This document shows positions 25,581 to 35,530 of a stretch of 64,000 nucleotides of DNA, in pieces. Source of the DNA: Minutocellus sp. GHC0000111 (taxonomy: Eukaryota). A program made the translations under genes and the position numbers. Below the pieces are notes generated by a model. The model saw only the letters and a list, made by a program, of their open reading frames with translations. It was not told the DNA's origin and did not search any database. Numbering within the stretch: position 1 is the first letter of the stretch; each line of letters starts with the position of its first letter. Location: the NCBI GenBank assembly GCA_977018835.1, contig OZ361258.1, forward strand, positions 1,922,001 to 1,986,000, given 5' to 3'.

Positions 25581-27008
25581 ATGAAACGGATCTACTCTGC
25601 ATTTGCGACAGCTTGCATTGCCGTAGCAGTAATGATCGACGAGTGCCATGGCTTCGCACATCCAACAGGCGGCTCCCCATCAGTCGATGTGAAAGTAGCC
25701 GCCAAGAAGCAGCCAAACGAAATATCTCCCGAACATCCGCTCCGAGTTCTCATCGCCGGTGGGGGCGTCGGTGGTCTCGTATTGGCCAACTCTCTTGCCA
25801 AGATCGATACCATGAATGTCACAGTCCTCGAGCGTACGGAATCCTTTAAGAGATTTGGCGGGCCGATACAATTGGCTTCGAACGCCCTCCAAGTTCTCAA
25901 GGTGATGGATGGCGATGCCTTCGAACGAATCATGGACAAGTTTACTTTGACGGGCGACAAGATCAACGGCATTAAAGATGGTATTCGTACAGAGTGGTAT
26001 GCCAAGTTTGATTTGAGAGAGCCAGCCGAAAAGAGAGGTTTGCCCTACACTGGTGTGATTGATCGGCCGGACTTGCAAGAGATTTATCTGGAGTCGCTGC
26101 CGGATGGGATGATGTGCAATGGTGACGCTGTTATTGGTTATGAAAAGAATGTGAATGGGCATGGCGTAAAAGTTCGAATGAAGTCTGGAAATGTGGTGGA
26201 AGGCGATGTGCTTATTGGTGCGGATGACATTTGGTCGGCGGTCCGAGCTTGCATGAGAAATGAGCCAGCAAAGGGTGAGGGATCTGGTGTGGCGTATTCT
26301 GGCTACACTGTATTTGCCGGCGAACTTTCGTACGACAGCTTTGATAACGGACGCGTGGGTTACAAGGTATATATCGGTCCAAATCGCTACTTTGTTGTTA
26401 CTGACATTGGAAAGGGTTGTTATCAATGGTACGCCTTTCTGGCCAGGCCTGTCAATTCTGCTGACAACACTCCCATGCCGGACGGAACGTCGAAATATCT
26501 TCAGGATCAATTCGTTGGGTGGTCTCAAGAGATCCATCACATACTGAAGGCTACCCAAGACGATGAGATTGAGCAGAGAGATTTATACGATCGGCCGCCG
26601 TCGGTATTCCAACCTTGGACGGACGGTAATGTCGCTCTGATAGGAGATGCAATCCACGCCATGGCACCCAATCTCGGCCAGGGTGGATGCCAAGCGATCG
26701 AAGATGCATACGTGCTATGGCAAGAGCTCGGCACAATTAAACAAAGAGATGAGATCGAGACAAGTTTATCGAGATACCATAGACGCCGACTTGTTCGATC
26801 GGCAACAGTGCAAGGTCTCAGTCGCTTCGCATCAGACATTATAATTCAAGGATTCGATACACCTGCAAAGATTATAAGAATTGAAGATGGTGGTATTGAA
26901 TTCCAGAATTTCAACTATGCCGGTATCATGACGAAACTTCTCCAGCCCATGCTTCCCATTTTCTTTTGGGTGCAGTTTACGTATCTCTATTCTGGGTGGG
27001 AAAATTAA
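25581..27008 (+). CDS. ZEP: Zeaxanthin epoxidase-like FAD monooxygenase, plastid-type presequence
   Basis: LRVLIAGGGVGGL, FGGPIQLASNAL, INGIKDG, TGVIDRPDLQ, GADDIWS (canonical GADGIWS), IGDAIHAMAPNLGQGGCQAIED. The signal peptide ends ...CHG-F. Confidence 0.9.
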   Translation: MKRIYSAFATACIAVAVMIDECHGFAHPTGGSPSVDVKVAAKKQPNEISPEHPLRVLIAGGGVGGLVLANSLAKIDTMNVTVLERTESFKRFGGPIQLASNALQVLKVMDGDAFERIMDKFTLTGDKINGIKDGIRTEWYAKFDLREPAEKRGLPYTGVIDRPDLQEIYLESLPDGMMCNGDAVIGYEKNVNGHGVKVRMKSGNVVEGDVLIGADDIWSAVRACMRNEPAKGEGSGVAYSGYTVFAGELSYDSFDNGRVGYKVYIGPNRYFVVTDIGKGCYQWYAFLARPVNSADNTPMPDGTSKYLQDQFVGWSQEIHHILKATQDDEIEQRDLYDRPPSVFQPWTDGNVALIGDAIHAMAPNLGQGGCQAIEDAYVLWQELGTIKQRDEIETSLSRYHRRRLVRSATVQGLSRFASDIIIQGFDTPAKIIRIEDGGIEFQNFNYAGIMTKLLQPMLPIFFWVQFTYLYSGWEN

Positions 27009-27180
27009 ATGTAATGTAGCCATTCTATTATTACTTATTTCTGGGGTACAATTGCAACGTTGGGAGTTGTGCTGGCTGGCGTCGGTTCTTGTCGGGGAAC
27101 CATGAATGCGAACATACGAACCCATGTTCCCTATTCCAGAGGAAATATGTAATAAAATAGAATGCCGGTGATGCCGACCA

Positions 27181-28303
27181 TTACCACTCCAACTTGTCAG
27201 CCATCGACCGGGGCACAATCCTCGACGTGGTGCCCTCTGCTCCCGCCCGGGTGATGGGAACACCCTCTTCCTTGTATTGATAAATGAGTTCATTCCGGTA
27301 GTCCTCCCAAAGCTCCTCAAGGTCGTCAAATTTCTGGTAGGGTCTGATGACAACGCATTGGGACCGAAGTTCCCACCCCCAGTTGTTGAGGCGGTGGACA
27401 TGGAACGTCCAAGCAGGTGATCGCTTGTTCCCGTCATTTGTTGTGTTGACAATGCTTCCATTGTCTTCAATCTGATAGGGAGGCGATCGATCTCCGCCAC
27501 TGACGGTGCCATCTTTTAGAAAAAAGAGATTATTAGAGGCGGCCCTCCAAAGTCCGGATCGAAGGGCGGTGGGCTCATCACTGGGAGGTGCCATGAACCA
27601 TCTGTAGGCGCTCCACTGCCATTCGCGGAGGTCGCTGAGAGTAGTACGATTGACGGTCGCCATCTTGAGCTCATTCCAGTATCTGCGGTACCAGAAGCCG
27701 GCCCTTGGAGTATCGGAGCTTGTTGGTTGTTGGTGGGTACGGACGAATCTCAGACGACGATGAGACGGAAAGGTCGAATTCGGAATCATTTCCGCCGTCC
27801 TTTCGTTCGGCATCCGTTTTGGCCCGCTCCATCCGGAATTGGTATCCGAACTTGGTCTTCCACTTTTGGTCGCACATCTCCTTCCAGATGATATTATCGA
27901 GGGCGGCCGCACGGAATGATTTCGACGACTTGGATATCTCGAGAAGTTCGGAAGGAACCTCGCCGTCGGCCAGGAAGTCCAGGGTGGCGACGATAAGGTC
28001 GTGGGAATGGAGCGGGTTCTGTGCAGGATTTTCTTGCTCCTCACCGCCGACATCGACTTCAGCGACATTCTTACCAGAGGCAATGGGCTGAAGCTTATCA
28101 GGTAGACGGCTCGACAGCAAATTGGGAGGGGAAGGGGAGGGGGAGACGTGCCGGACCTCTTCGGTACGTGGGACCTTGCCAGGTGCGCCGGAGCCGCAGA
28201 ATTCTTCAACCTCTGTCCCTTCTTCTTTTCCGAGATGCGCGGCTTTGCGCTTACCTCCGATGAGGCCAGGCTCGGCCCTACATGTATTAGATGCGGTGGC
28301 CAT
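27181..28303 (-). CDS. F-box-like protein split by a 1-nt frameshift near 27703
   Basis: F-box-like segment HDLIVATLDFL...SKSFRAAALDNIIWKEMCDQKW. It continues in another frame as GFWYRRYWNELK...RLNNWGWELRS. Start position uncertain. Confidence 0.65.
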
Positions 28304-28380
28304 GCTACTACGGTGGACACTTAGCTGCCGATGCCGCCGCCACGCACGTTGCGGTATTCTTTTATCACGCAAGTGACATT

Positions 28381-28508
28381 AGAACATTCTTCATGCTACT
28401 ACGAGTAGACTAGCTAGAGTACGCGCTGGCAGACGATTACCAATAGAACATTCTTCATGCTACTACGAGTAGACTAGCTAGAGTACGCGCTGGCAGACGA
28501 TTACCAAT
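28381..28508. repeat. Perfect tandem duplication, 2 x 64 bp, in the divergent intergenic region
   Basis: AGAACATTCTTCATGCTACTACGAGTAGACTAGCTAGAGTACGCGCTGGCAGACGATTACCAAT occurs at 28381 and at 28445. Confidence 0.95.
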
Positions 28509-28807
28509 GGTACGAGGAAGAATGAGCGGCATGCAAAACGGTTCTGAATGACGTAATCATAAGGCCTAATATAATTTAATTTTTAAATTGCCTGACGAGG
28601 CCACGGGCGGAAAACTGGCGGAAAAGCAATGAACGGTATCTTTTTGGTCGCTCAGCACGAGCACGGACTGTGGTACAACTGGACTAGCTACGTAGTAGTA
28701 CCTGCCTCATTACCTTTGGTCGTATCGTATTCGTCGTCTTCATTGCGTTCGACGCCATTGCTTTCCACTGTTTACGATTGCCATCACAGCCGAGCAGCTT
28801 CCAACAA

Positions 28808-30742
28808 ATGCCCCAGCAGTCGCCTTCCGATGCCGGCAAGTGCCTGAGCAGTCCCCCGGGAAAAATGACACAAGCATCGGCATCGGCGGCACATATGCCA
28901 AGCGCCGACCAGATGAGCGGTGCCAGTGCCACCGACCTGCTGTTCGGCGGTGAGCTGTATGCCGATCTGCTCGGATTCGCGGGACCCGAAGCCATTGCGC
29001 ACATTCGTGATGATCGGGAGTGGCGTCGGGCCATGGACGAGCTGCCCGATGGCAACAACAAGAAGCTTGGCCTCCCGGTATTGAGAGTGCCCCGCCCTTC
29101 AGTTGAAGATCGTCGCCTACTTCGGGAACTCCTGACCGAGCCCGTCCGCGGTACCGCGGAGTCGGGTACTGCTGGAGAGGAAGGGGATGCGGGCGCGGCA
29201 ACACGTGTCGGATGGAAGTTCAACGAGCTTGGACTGCAGGTGCTTGCCGAGTCACCTCTCACGTCAAACACGGTGATCGGAAAAATGATAGCAAGCGGCA
29301 ACTGCAGCGACGACATTCTTGGGCTGATTGCTCGGCGCGAATCTGTTTCTTCCAAGACTCTCTCTACGTTGCTCAGTCTTGAGAACCCGGCCGTGTTTCC
29401 TTACATTGCTGCACACTGCAATGCAACATCTTCAATACTCTCGGACGTGCTGGTCCAGCTTTCAAAGTCAAACCTCTCAGAAGATATAATTTCGGGCATC
29501 GAGGAAGAAGTAGGTCGCCACAAGGAAACAAGCGAGATGGATTTGGTTCGCTTGTCAATTAGCAAGGACGATGTTGTTCGCGGTGCCGTTGCGGAAAACT
29601 CATCCACTCCCGAGTGGGTTCTCGGCCAACTTTCAACCGATGATGACTATTATGTACGGCATGCACTTGCGCGCAATATAGCGACTCCTTTGAGCCTCCT
29701 CCATAAGCTTGCTTTTGATGTGGACTTTCACGTACGACGTGCAGTAGCGCGCAATGGCAAAGTGACGTTTGGATCGGACATCTTCAAGATACTGGCTAAT
29801 GACAGTGATGAGTACGTCGTTGAGGAGCTGGGACGTTGCCACAAAAAAAATGTCGACTGCATTTTCAGCGTCAGGAAGAAGTTGCACCGGTACTGCCTCG
29901 CGATGTACAGCAAAGACTCGGAAACGTTGAAGCGTCTGATCAGTGTGGATGGCGGGCGGTACCAAGAAGAAATCGCCTACAATCCAAATGCTCCTAGCAA
30001 AATTCTAGAATCTCTTGCGCAGTCTGAGGATCCCGATGTGCGCTTGGGCGTCGCAACAAACCAGAATGCCCCCGGTCGTGTTTTAGAGATGCTTTCGGAA
30101 GATGACGAAGTATGCGTTCGAGAAGCCGTTGCAGAGAATAGTAGCACCCACAGCCATACTTTGAAGATGCTCTCGAGGGATTGTGCGAGTGTTCGGAGAA
30201 GTGTTGCTGCTAATGAGTCAACTAGCCTCGAGATTCTCGAATTGATGTTACCTCGTGCGGTTGAGGAAGAAGAGGGGGATAATGATCCTTATTTTTTCTC
30301 ACTTTACTCTTTGTTCCTCAACAAGAACTTCCCTTTGCTCCGGACAGCAGAGACCATTTCAGAACTACTCATGAAAGACAACGAGTTAGCTGGAAAGCTT
30401 TTTGCGTATGCGAGGCCTTTTGAATTTGAGAGGAAAATTCACACTGTTTGGGAGCTAATTCTAAAAGGAGCGGACATTTCTCCTAAGACTGTCACCGAGT
30501 TGATTCTTGCTATGTCGCAATCAAGAAAAGCGCGGGCGCGACGCATCGCAGCGGAATTCGACGTGCTACCAATGAGGGATGTTGTGCGCATTGTCAGCGA
30601 AGACATGGTACACGAACATGACTATTGGAATCTTCGCGCAAACCCTCTTGTTCAGATTGCTGCTGACAAGCTGTCGCAGTTACTCAGCAATGCTTTCGCT
30701 GGCCATGATTTGCGCCACACGGCTGAGGAGAGCTGGTGGTAG
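28808..30742 (+). CDS. LRV (leucine-rich repeat variant)/HEAT-like repeat protein
   Basis: Multiple ~24-aa repeats of the form VRxAVAxNxxTPxxxLxxLxxD (VRGAVAENSSTP, VRHALARNIATP, VRLGVATNQNAP, VREAVAENSST). Intronless. Confidence 0.8.
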   Translation: MPQQSPSDAGKCLSSPPGKMTQASASAAHMPSADQMSGASATDLLFGGELYADLLGFAGPEAIAHIRDDREWRRAMDELPDGNNKKLGLPVLRVPRPSVEDRRLLRELLTEPVRGTAESGTAGEEGDAGAATRVGWKFNELGLQVLAESPLTSNTVIGKMIASGNCSDDILGLIARRESVSSKTLSTLLSLENPAVFPYIAAHCNATSSILSDVLVQLSKSNLSEDIISGIEEEVGRHKETSEMDLVRLSISKDDVVRGAVAENSSTPEWVLGQLSTDDDYYVRHALARNIATPLSLLHKLAFDVDFHVRRAVARNGKVTFGSDIFKILANDSDEYVVEELGRCHKKNVDCIFSVRKKLHRYCLAMYSKDSETLKRLISVDGGRYQEEIAYNPNAPSKILESLAQSEDPDVRLGVATNQNAPGRVLEMLSEDDEVCVREAVAENSSTHSHTLKMLSRDCASVRRSVAANESTSLEILELMLPRAVEEEEGDNDPYFFSLYSLFLNKNFPLLRTAETISELLMKDNELAGKLFAYARPFEFERKIHTVWELILKGADISPKTVTELILAMSQSRKARARRIAAEFDVLPMRDVVRIVSEDMVHEHDYWNLRANPLVQIAADKLSQLLSNAFAGHDLRHTAEESWW

Positions 30743-30989
30743 TTAGAATCCTAATCTCTGGTACTAGTACCACCTAACTCCTACTAGCTAGCGGCATTCT
30801 TTACTAATTTGTAATTAATGGTACTGGTACTGCATCAAAAATCTCCAGCCGGTGCTTCCGATTTTCGTTCGGCTGCAAATTGTGTATCTTTATTATGGGT
30901 AGGGATTCAAATGGACTGTAACATTGGTATTCGCAACGGCATTCTTTGCTGATTTTTTTAATATGTGCGATCGTAGCTTTTCTATTATT

Positions 30990-32066
30990 TTATTGCTTGG
31001 AGAATATTTGCCTCAATATCTCAGGCGCACCGACATGGGACGGCACAGCACCCCGTACATTGGCAACGTACGCACCAAGCGCACATGCTCTCTCTAACGC
31101 CTGGTCAGCCGGTTCTTCCTCCAGCAACAGATATCGGATCAACGCCGCCAAGAACGAATCTCCAGCCCCGACGGTATCGCTCCCTGGTTGCGATTCACAA
31201 GAGTAACCGCCATTCTCCACAAATACATCGCCCTGTCGACAATACAATGTCGCCCCACTATCCCCTCGCGTGACGCATACTCGCTTTGCGTTGACCGCCG
31301 ACCCCAATGCCTTCATCCTTTGCTGGATGGCATCACCAAACAACCCGTCATTGGACGGCTGGAGGCCGCACCAGGATTCCACAATGGGTAATTCTTCTTC
31401 GTTCAATTTCAACATTGCCAGCTCCGCCGCATCATTCGCATCTCCGCGACAAAGAGCCAGGACATCGCCAGCCTCGTACCACGGTGGACGCAAGTCGATA
31501 TCCATCACGACAGAATCCTCCTTGGCGGTATTGCGGATGGCAGATATCGTAGCCGCAGAGGTGGCACCGTCGGACGAGCCCAGCCGACACGCAATGGTTC
31601 CCATCACAACCACCGAAGCTGACGATACGGCATCTTTCAACCCATTGGACAGCTGCAGTCCATCCCATGCTGCGGGTGTATCGAACTCATACGAAGCATC
31701 TCCCTTTTCGTCAAGGGTGGCAACGACCATACCAGTTCCCAGATCATCGTCCATCTGCATCAAGGACGTATCAACGTTTCGAGTTTCCAATCGCCGACGT
31801 GCTTCTTTGCCGAGCTGATCATTTCCAACGCAAGATGCCACGGCAGCACCAACACCCAGGGACGACAAATGAACTGCCACATTGGTCACGGCACCGCCGA
31901 GGAAGAGGGCCTCGGGGAGGCTGTCGTACAACGTCTCTCCGACGCAAACTACAGAGGGCGCTGCCCTTGCCGAAAACGCCAAAGCGACATGTGTTGTGCT
32001 TGCAACAAAATAAAAGGTGGATATCAGCGCATATCGGACAGCATAAGAAGTGAAACGAGGAAGCAT
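30990..32066 (-). CDS. PfkB-family carbohydrate kinase (fructokinase-like), with signal peptide
   Basis: VCVGETLYD, GGAVTNVA, VGNDQLG, KLNEEEL, VTRGDSGA, and the DTVGAGDSF PfkB signature. The presequence ends ALA-F. Confidence 0.9.
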   Translation of the reverse strand: MLPRFTSYAVRYALISTFYFVASTTHVALAFSARAAPSVVCVGETLYDSLPEALFLGGAVTNVAVHLSSLGVGAAVASCVGNDQLGKEARRRLETRNVDTSLMQMDDDLGTGMVVATLDEKGDASYEFDTPAAWDGLQLSNGLKDAVSSASVVVMGTIACRLGSSDGATSAATISAIRNTAKEDSVVMDIDLRPPWYEAGDVLALCRGDANDAAELAMLKLNEEELPIVESWCGLQPSNDGLFGDAIQQRMKALGSAVNAKRVCVTRGDSGATLYCRQGDVFVENGGYSCESQPGSDTVGAGDSFLAALIRYLLLEEEPADQALERACALGAYVANVRGAVPSHVGAPEILRQIFSKQ

Positions 32067-32153
32067 CTTGCTTGTGGGTATGGTTCGGCTTTGTTTTGTT
32101 TTGTTCCCTGCTTGTTCCTTCGCTTGGTTCAACCCTTCACCCTTCAACCTTAA

Positions 32154-32247
32154 GAGGGCGCTGTCCATAATTTTCCCCGTTTTTAATCCCCCTTATTCTT
32201 ATTTCTTATGACGAGCGAAGCATGAAAAAATCGCCCCTCTGCCCCCT
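32154..32247 (+). mobile_element. Isolated copy of the Kolobok left end
   Basis: TTAA followed by GAGGGCGCTGTCCATAATTTTCCCCG..., identical to 34089-34160 for about 72 bp. After a gap it matches 34184-34202. Confidence 0.9.
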
Positions 32248-32250
32248 TGG

Positions 32251-33162
32251 GTGAGGTTGCAGTCCAGCACAACCAACCTCAACCATGCCTTTGGCCACAA
32301 ACGCATCCTTTTGACCGGTGCGTCCTCTGGCCTCGGTGCCGCAATGGCACGACAGCTTTGTACCAGCGTGCCTTCCTCCCACCTAATATTGGTGGCAAGA
32401 CGGAAAGACAAACTGGAGGAGGTGGCCAGCACTTGTCCTGGCCAAGTAACGATTGTGCCGCTCGACGTGGCGGGGAATGAAACCGAGGCGACAATTCAAA
32501 AGATAATCAATGGCGTTGGGGGGATTGACCTACTAATTCTCAATGCAGGAAAGTTCATCGAAAAGCAAACTCTTGAGGTTGACACCGACCAAAGCCGGCA
32601 CATACTGGAATTGAATCTAATGGCCAACATTCGGATAGCGTCTGCAGTGATGAAGTTGGACCATTGGGACACCAAGGATGGCGGCGGTCATGTCGTTGTA
32701 ACATCATCCCTTGCTGGAAGGCTGGGGACGCCGGTATCTGCCGCATATGCCGCTGCAAAGCATGCACTGCATGGGTACTTTGCAAGTCTGAGAGCGGAAA
32801 TGGCACCGTCTCAATTGCGTGTGGACATTGTTTGTCCAGGGCCGATCGATACAGAAATCTTTTCAGCAAGTGATCGACCAGACGACAAGAAGAGCATACC
32901 ACTAACAATTCCGGGATCTCTGATGAATACCGAGCGCGCATCTCGCCTGATGCTGAGTGCCATGATGGGCAAGCCTGCATTTCTCTTTCGCGAGACTTGG
33001 GTAGCCAGGGGAATATCACTGGCCGTCATTTATCTTGGACAGTACTCTCCCCATCTGTATGGATTCGTGAGCATGTTAGATCCAGTTATAATGGAAGCAT
33101 ACGTTGATGGTCAAGGATTTGGTGGGTGGGGCATTTTTAAGAGGTTGCTTCCGTGGAGTTGA
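32251..33162 (+). pseudogene. Classical short-chain dehydrogenase/reductase (DHRS7-like), lacking an ATG before the Rossmann motif
   Basis: LLTGASSGLG, ILNAG, TSSLAG, YAAAKHAL, CPGPIDT. In-frame stop at 32209 lies inside the transposon end; the first Met comes only after TGASSGLG. Confidence 0.75.
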
Positions 33163-33300
33163 TTTTGCAAACATTTATTTGAATGCCAAGCCTTGGTAAT
33201 TGGTGGGGGGCTGAAAAGCTGAAAAGATATTACTTAAAAATATGCAATTGGTTTTTAAACTGAAAAACGTCCTCTCGCTTCCTCCACTCTCCAGCGGGCT

Positions 33301-34013
33301 CTAACCATTAAAACCACGTTCGGCTAGTTCCTGCTGCTTCTGTCGCCTCTTGAGCTCGATTGCCTCGATATCTTGCCTGCAACTATCATAGATACCCCTT
33401 ACGACACGGTCCTTCGGGAGCCAATTCTCTCGGTCTTCCAGCGTGGCAAACTGGCCGAACAACTCGATGCCCATCTCTTGCTTGATGGCGGTGACTTTGT
33501 TTTGCAATAATTTTAGCTCCGCCTTGAGTTTTCCTTCCACGCCTGCAGATGCAATGGTGTTTCCAGCCTTTTTGAACTTGTCCTGTACCGAATCGGACTG
33601 GGCGCCAAAGGCACTGGTCCGACCAACCTCGGCGGCCGAAACGTCCTCCTTGAGCTGCGAGACTTTGGCTTCCAGAGCAGCCACCTCCTTGTGGGTCTGG
33701 ATCAACAGAGGTCGGACCAACTCCGTCATTTGCTCGTCGTCGTACATCGGGCCCGTGTAAAAGTCGACAGACGAAATGAGCGGGCTCATGTGATCGTACA
33801 TTTCCACCCCAAACTGTTTTTCCTCCCATTGATCTCCCTGTCGATGAGGGCCACCTCCGCCCTAAGCTTCGCGGTGCCGGCCGCCACCCGAGTCTTGGCA
33901 GCGGCCGCTTCCGCGATAAGCTTGGCCGATACCCACCAATTGTTTGCTGCGGTCGTTGCCGACATGCTGCTGCTTGTTTCCTCGCTCACGAGATCGCGCG
34001 CAGGCTTTGGCAT
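33301..34013 (-). CDS. Coiled-coil protein with two internal repeats, frameshifted in an A-run near 33820
   Basis: KLRAEVALIDREI..RK-[shift]-QFGVEMYD is echoed by KLKAELKLLQNKV..IKQEMGIELF. Confidence 0.65.
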
Positions 34014-34212
34014 GCGCCGCTTCGTGTTCGCCCTCTTCTCTGAGCTTGAAGAATGAGGAATGAGGCCGAGGTGCACCATAATTGTTAAGAGGGCGCTGTC
34101 CATAATTTTCCCCGTTTTTAATCCCCCTTATTCTTATTTCTTATGACGAGCGAAGCATGACAAAAACTCGACCCCACCATGAGAATCGCCGCTCTGCCCC
34201 CTCTTCATTACG

Positions 34213-35426
34213 ATGAAGCGCAGCGCTGATAATAGTGCCGGCCCGGCCCACAACGCAGATACGCGGTTGCGGAAACTCAAGACAGATAACTCCGGTCGCC
34301 CGATTTTGCCTGTTGACAAGAAGAAAGAGAAGGCGGAGGACAAAGCGAAAGACGCCGTTACCGAGATACTGGAGGGCCTCGCCGTCACGTTGGAGAACGA
34401 CCCGAACGGACAAGGACGAGAATTATGGAACAATCCCGGCGTCGGCCATGCACTTCAACATCTTGTCAAAGCAGTCGAGGCTCGCGCTGATAAGTATCAT
34501 GTTCGGGATGATATTGATGTCGCTGCTGAGCGGCCCGGCCTCGTAGTTACCAACCTGTCCGTGGCTGATGTGAAGTTGAGGCTGACGGTCGGCATCGTCG
34601 ATCAATTGCAAGATCCCATGTTTGACGCCGGACCTGAATTCTTCCCTATATTTCAACTTCATGGGAAACGGATCGATATTGGATCGGCTCTTGCTGCGCA
34701 CGGCCGACCTTTCAACACCACATCGCTTACTTTGCTTGATGGAAGCGGAAAGCTTATCGTCGCTCGTGTTGCCCTGACAATTACCGAAAAGGCCCGAAGT
34801 CTACAACAGGGCCATGTGATCAAATTGACAAAGTTCCACCGATGGCATGTGGCTCCATATGATGACATACACTCTACTGCTGGGATTGGACTAGTTGATT
34901 TTGATATTGTTGGAATGGGCCAACTTCTGCATCAGCAGCGATCAGATCGGACACGGATGCTCTTGTTGCGGCCGTTTGTGAGGAAGCCGACGATGATCCG
35001 ACGGCAGCGCCGGAGGCAGACACATTCGGTAATTGGGACGAGACCAGAGAGAGGCCGCCAATACCCCCTGCTTGCTGCACTGCCGCCAACCGAAGCTGCT
35101 CAATGTACGGCACACTCTTCTTTCAGAAATGCGTCTGCGAAGAAATGCTGGTGCCGACGGAGGAGGACCTGGAGGATATCGCTGACAAATACTACGCAAC
35201 CACCATGCCAGTCGAAGCCATGGCAAATAATTTGAAGAGGAACATGCTGTATTGGTACTATGCAACTGAGGTGTATCATGTGAGAGGTTGGCTTGATCGG
35301 AAGCCCCTGCCAACCTGTCTAGTCTTTTGCATTAGGTTCATTTATCCAAATGATAAAGGTGAACGATATGTTGGATTCATCCCTGGTCATCAAGATGAAG
35401 AGGAAGAAGAAGAGGAAAATGCATAA
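34213..35426 (+). CDS. KolX-like accessory protein with putative N-terminal OB fold; 1-nt frameshift near 34920
   Basis: C-terminal RNMLYWYY...RKPLPTCLVFCIRFIYPNDKGERYVGF is the KolX/P2X7-ballast-type motif. Cys cluster CCTAANRSC..KCVC. OB-fold-like SLTLLDGSGKLIVA...LQQGHVIKLTKF. Confidence 0.8.
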
Positions 35427-35530
35427 TCATTACCTCAACACATGTAGATAACAAGAATGTGCGTAGCACGTGAGTAACAGCACACAATAAATCCATTTTT
35501 ATTTACAGTGATAAAATATTTTACACGTGT

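Noticed and set aside
32154..34160. KolobokP-type long terminal direct repeats
   Set aside because: The repeated segment is under 100 bp, does not flank the transposase on both sides, and no His-Me finger nuclease ORF is seen.
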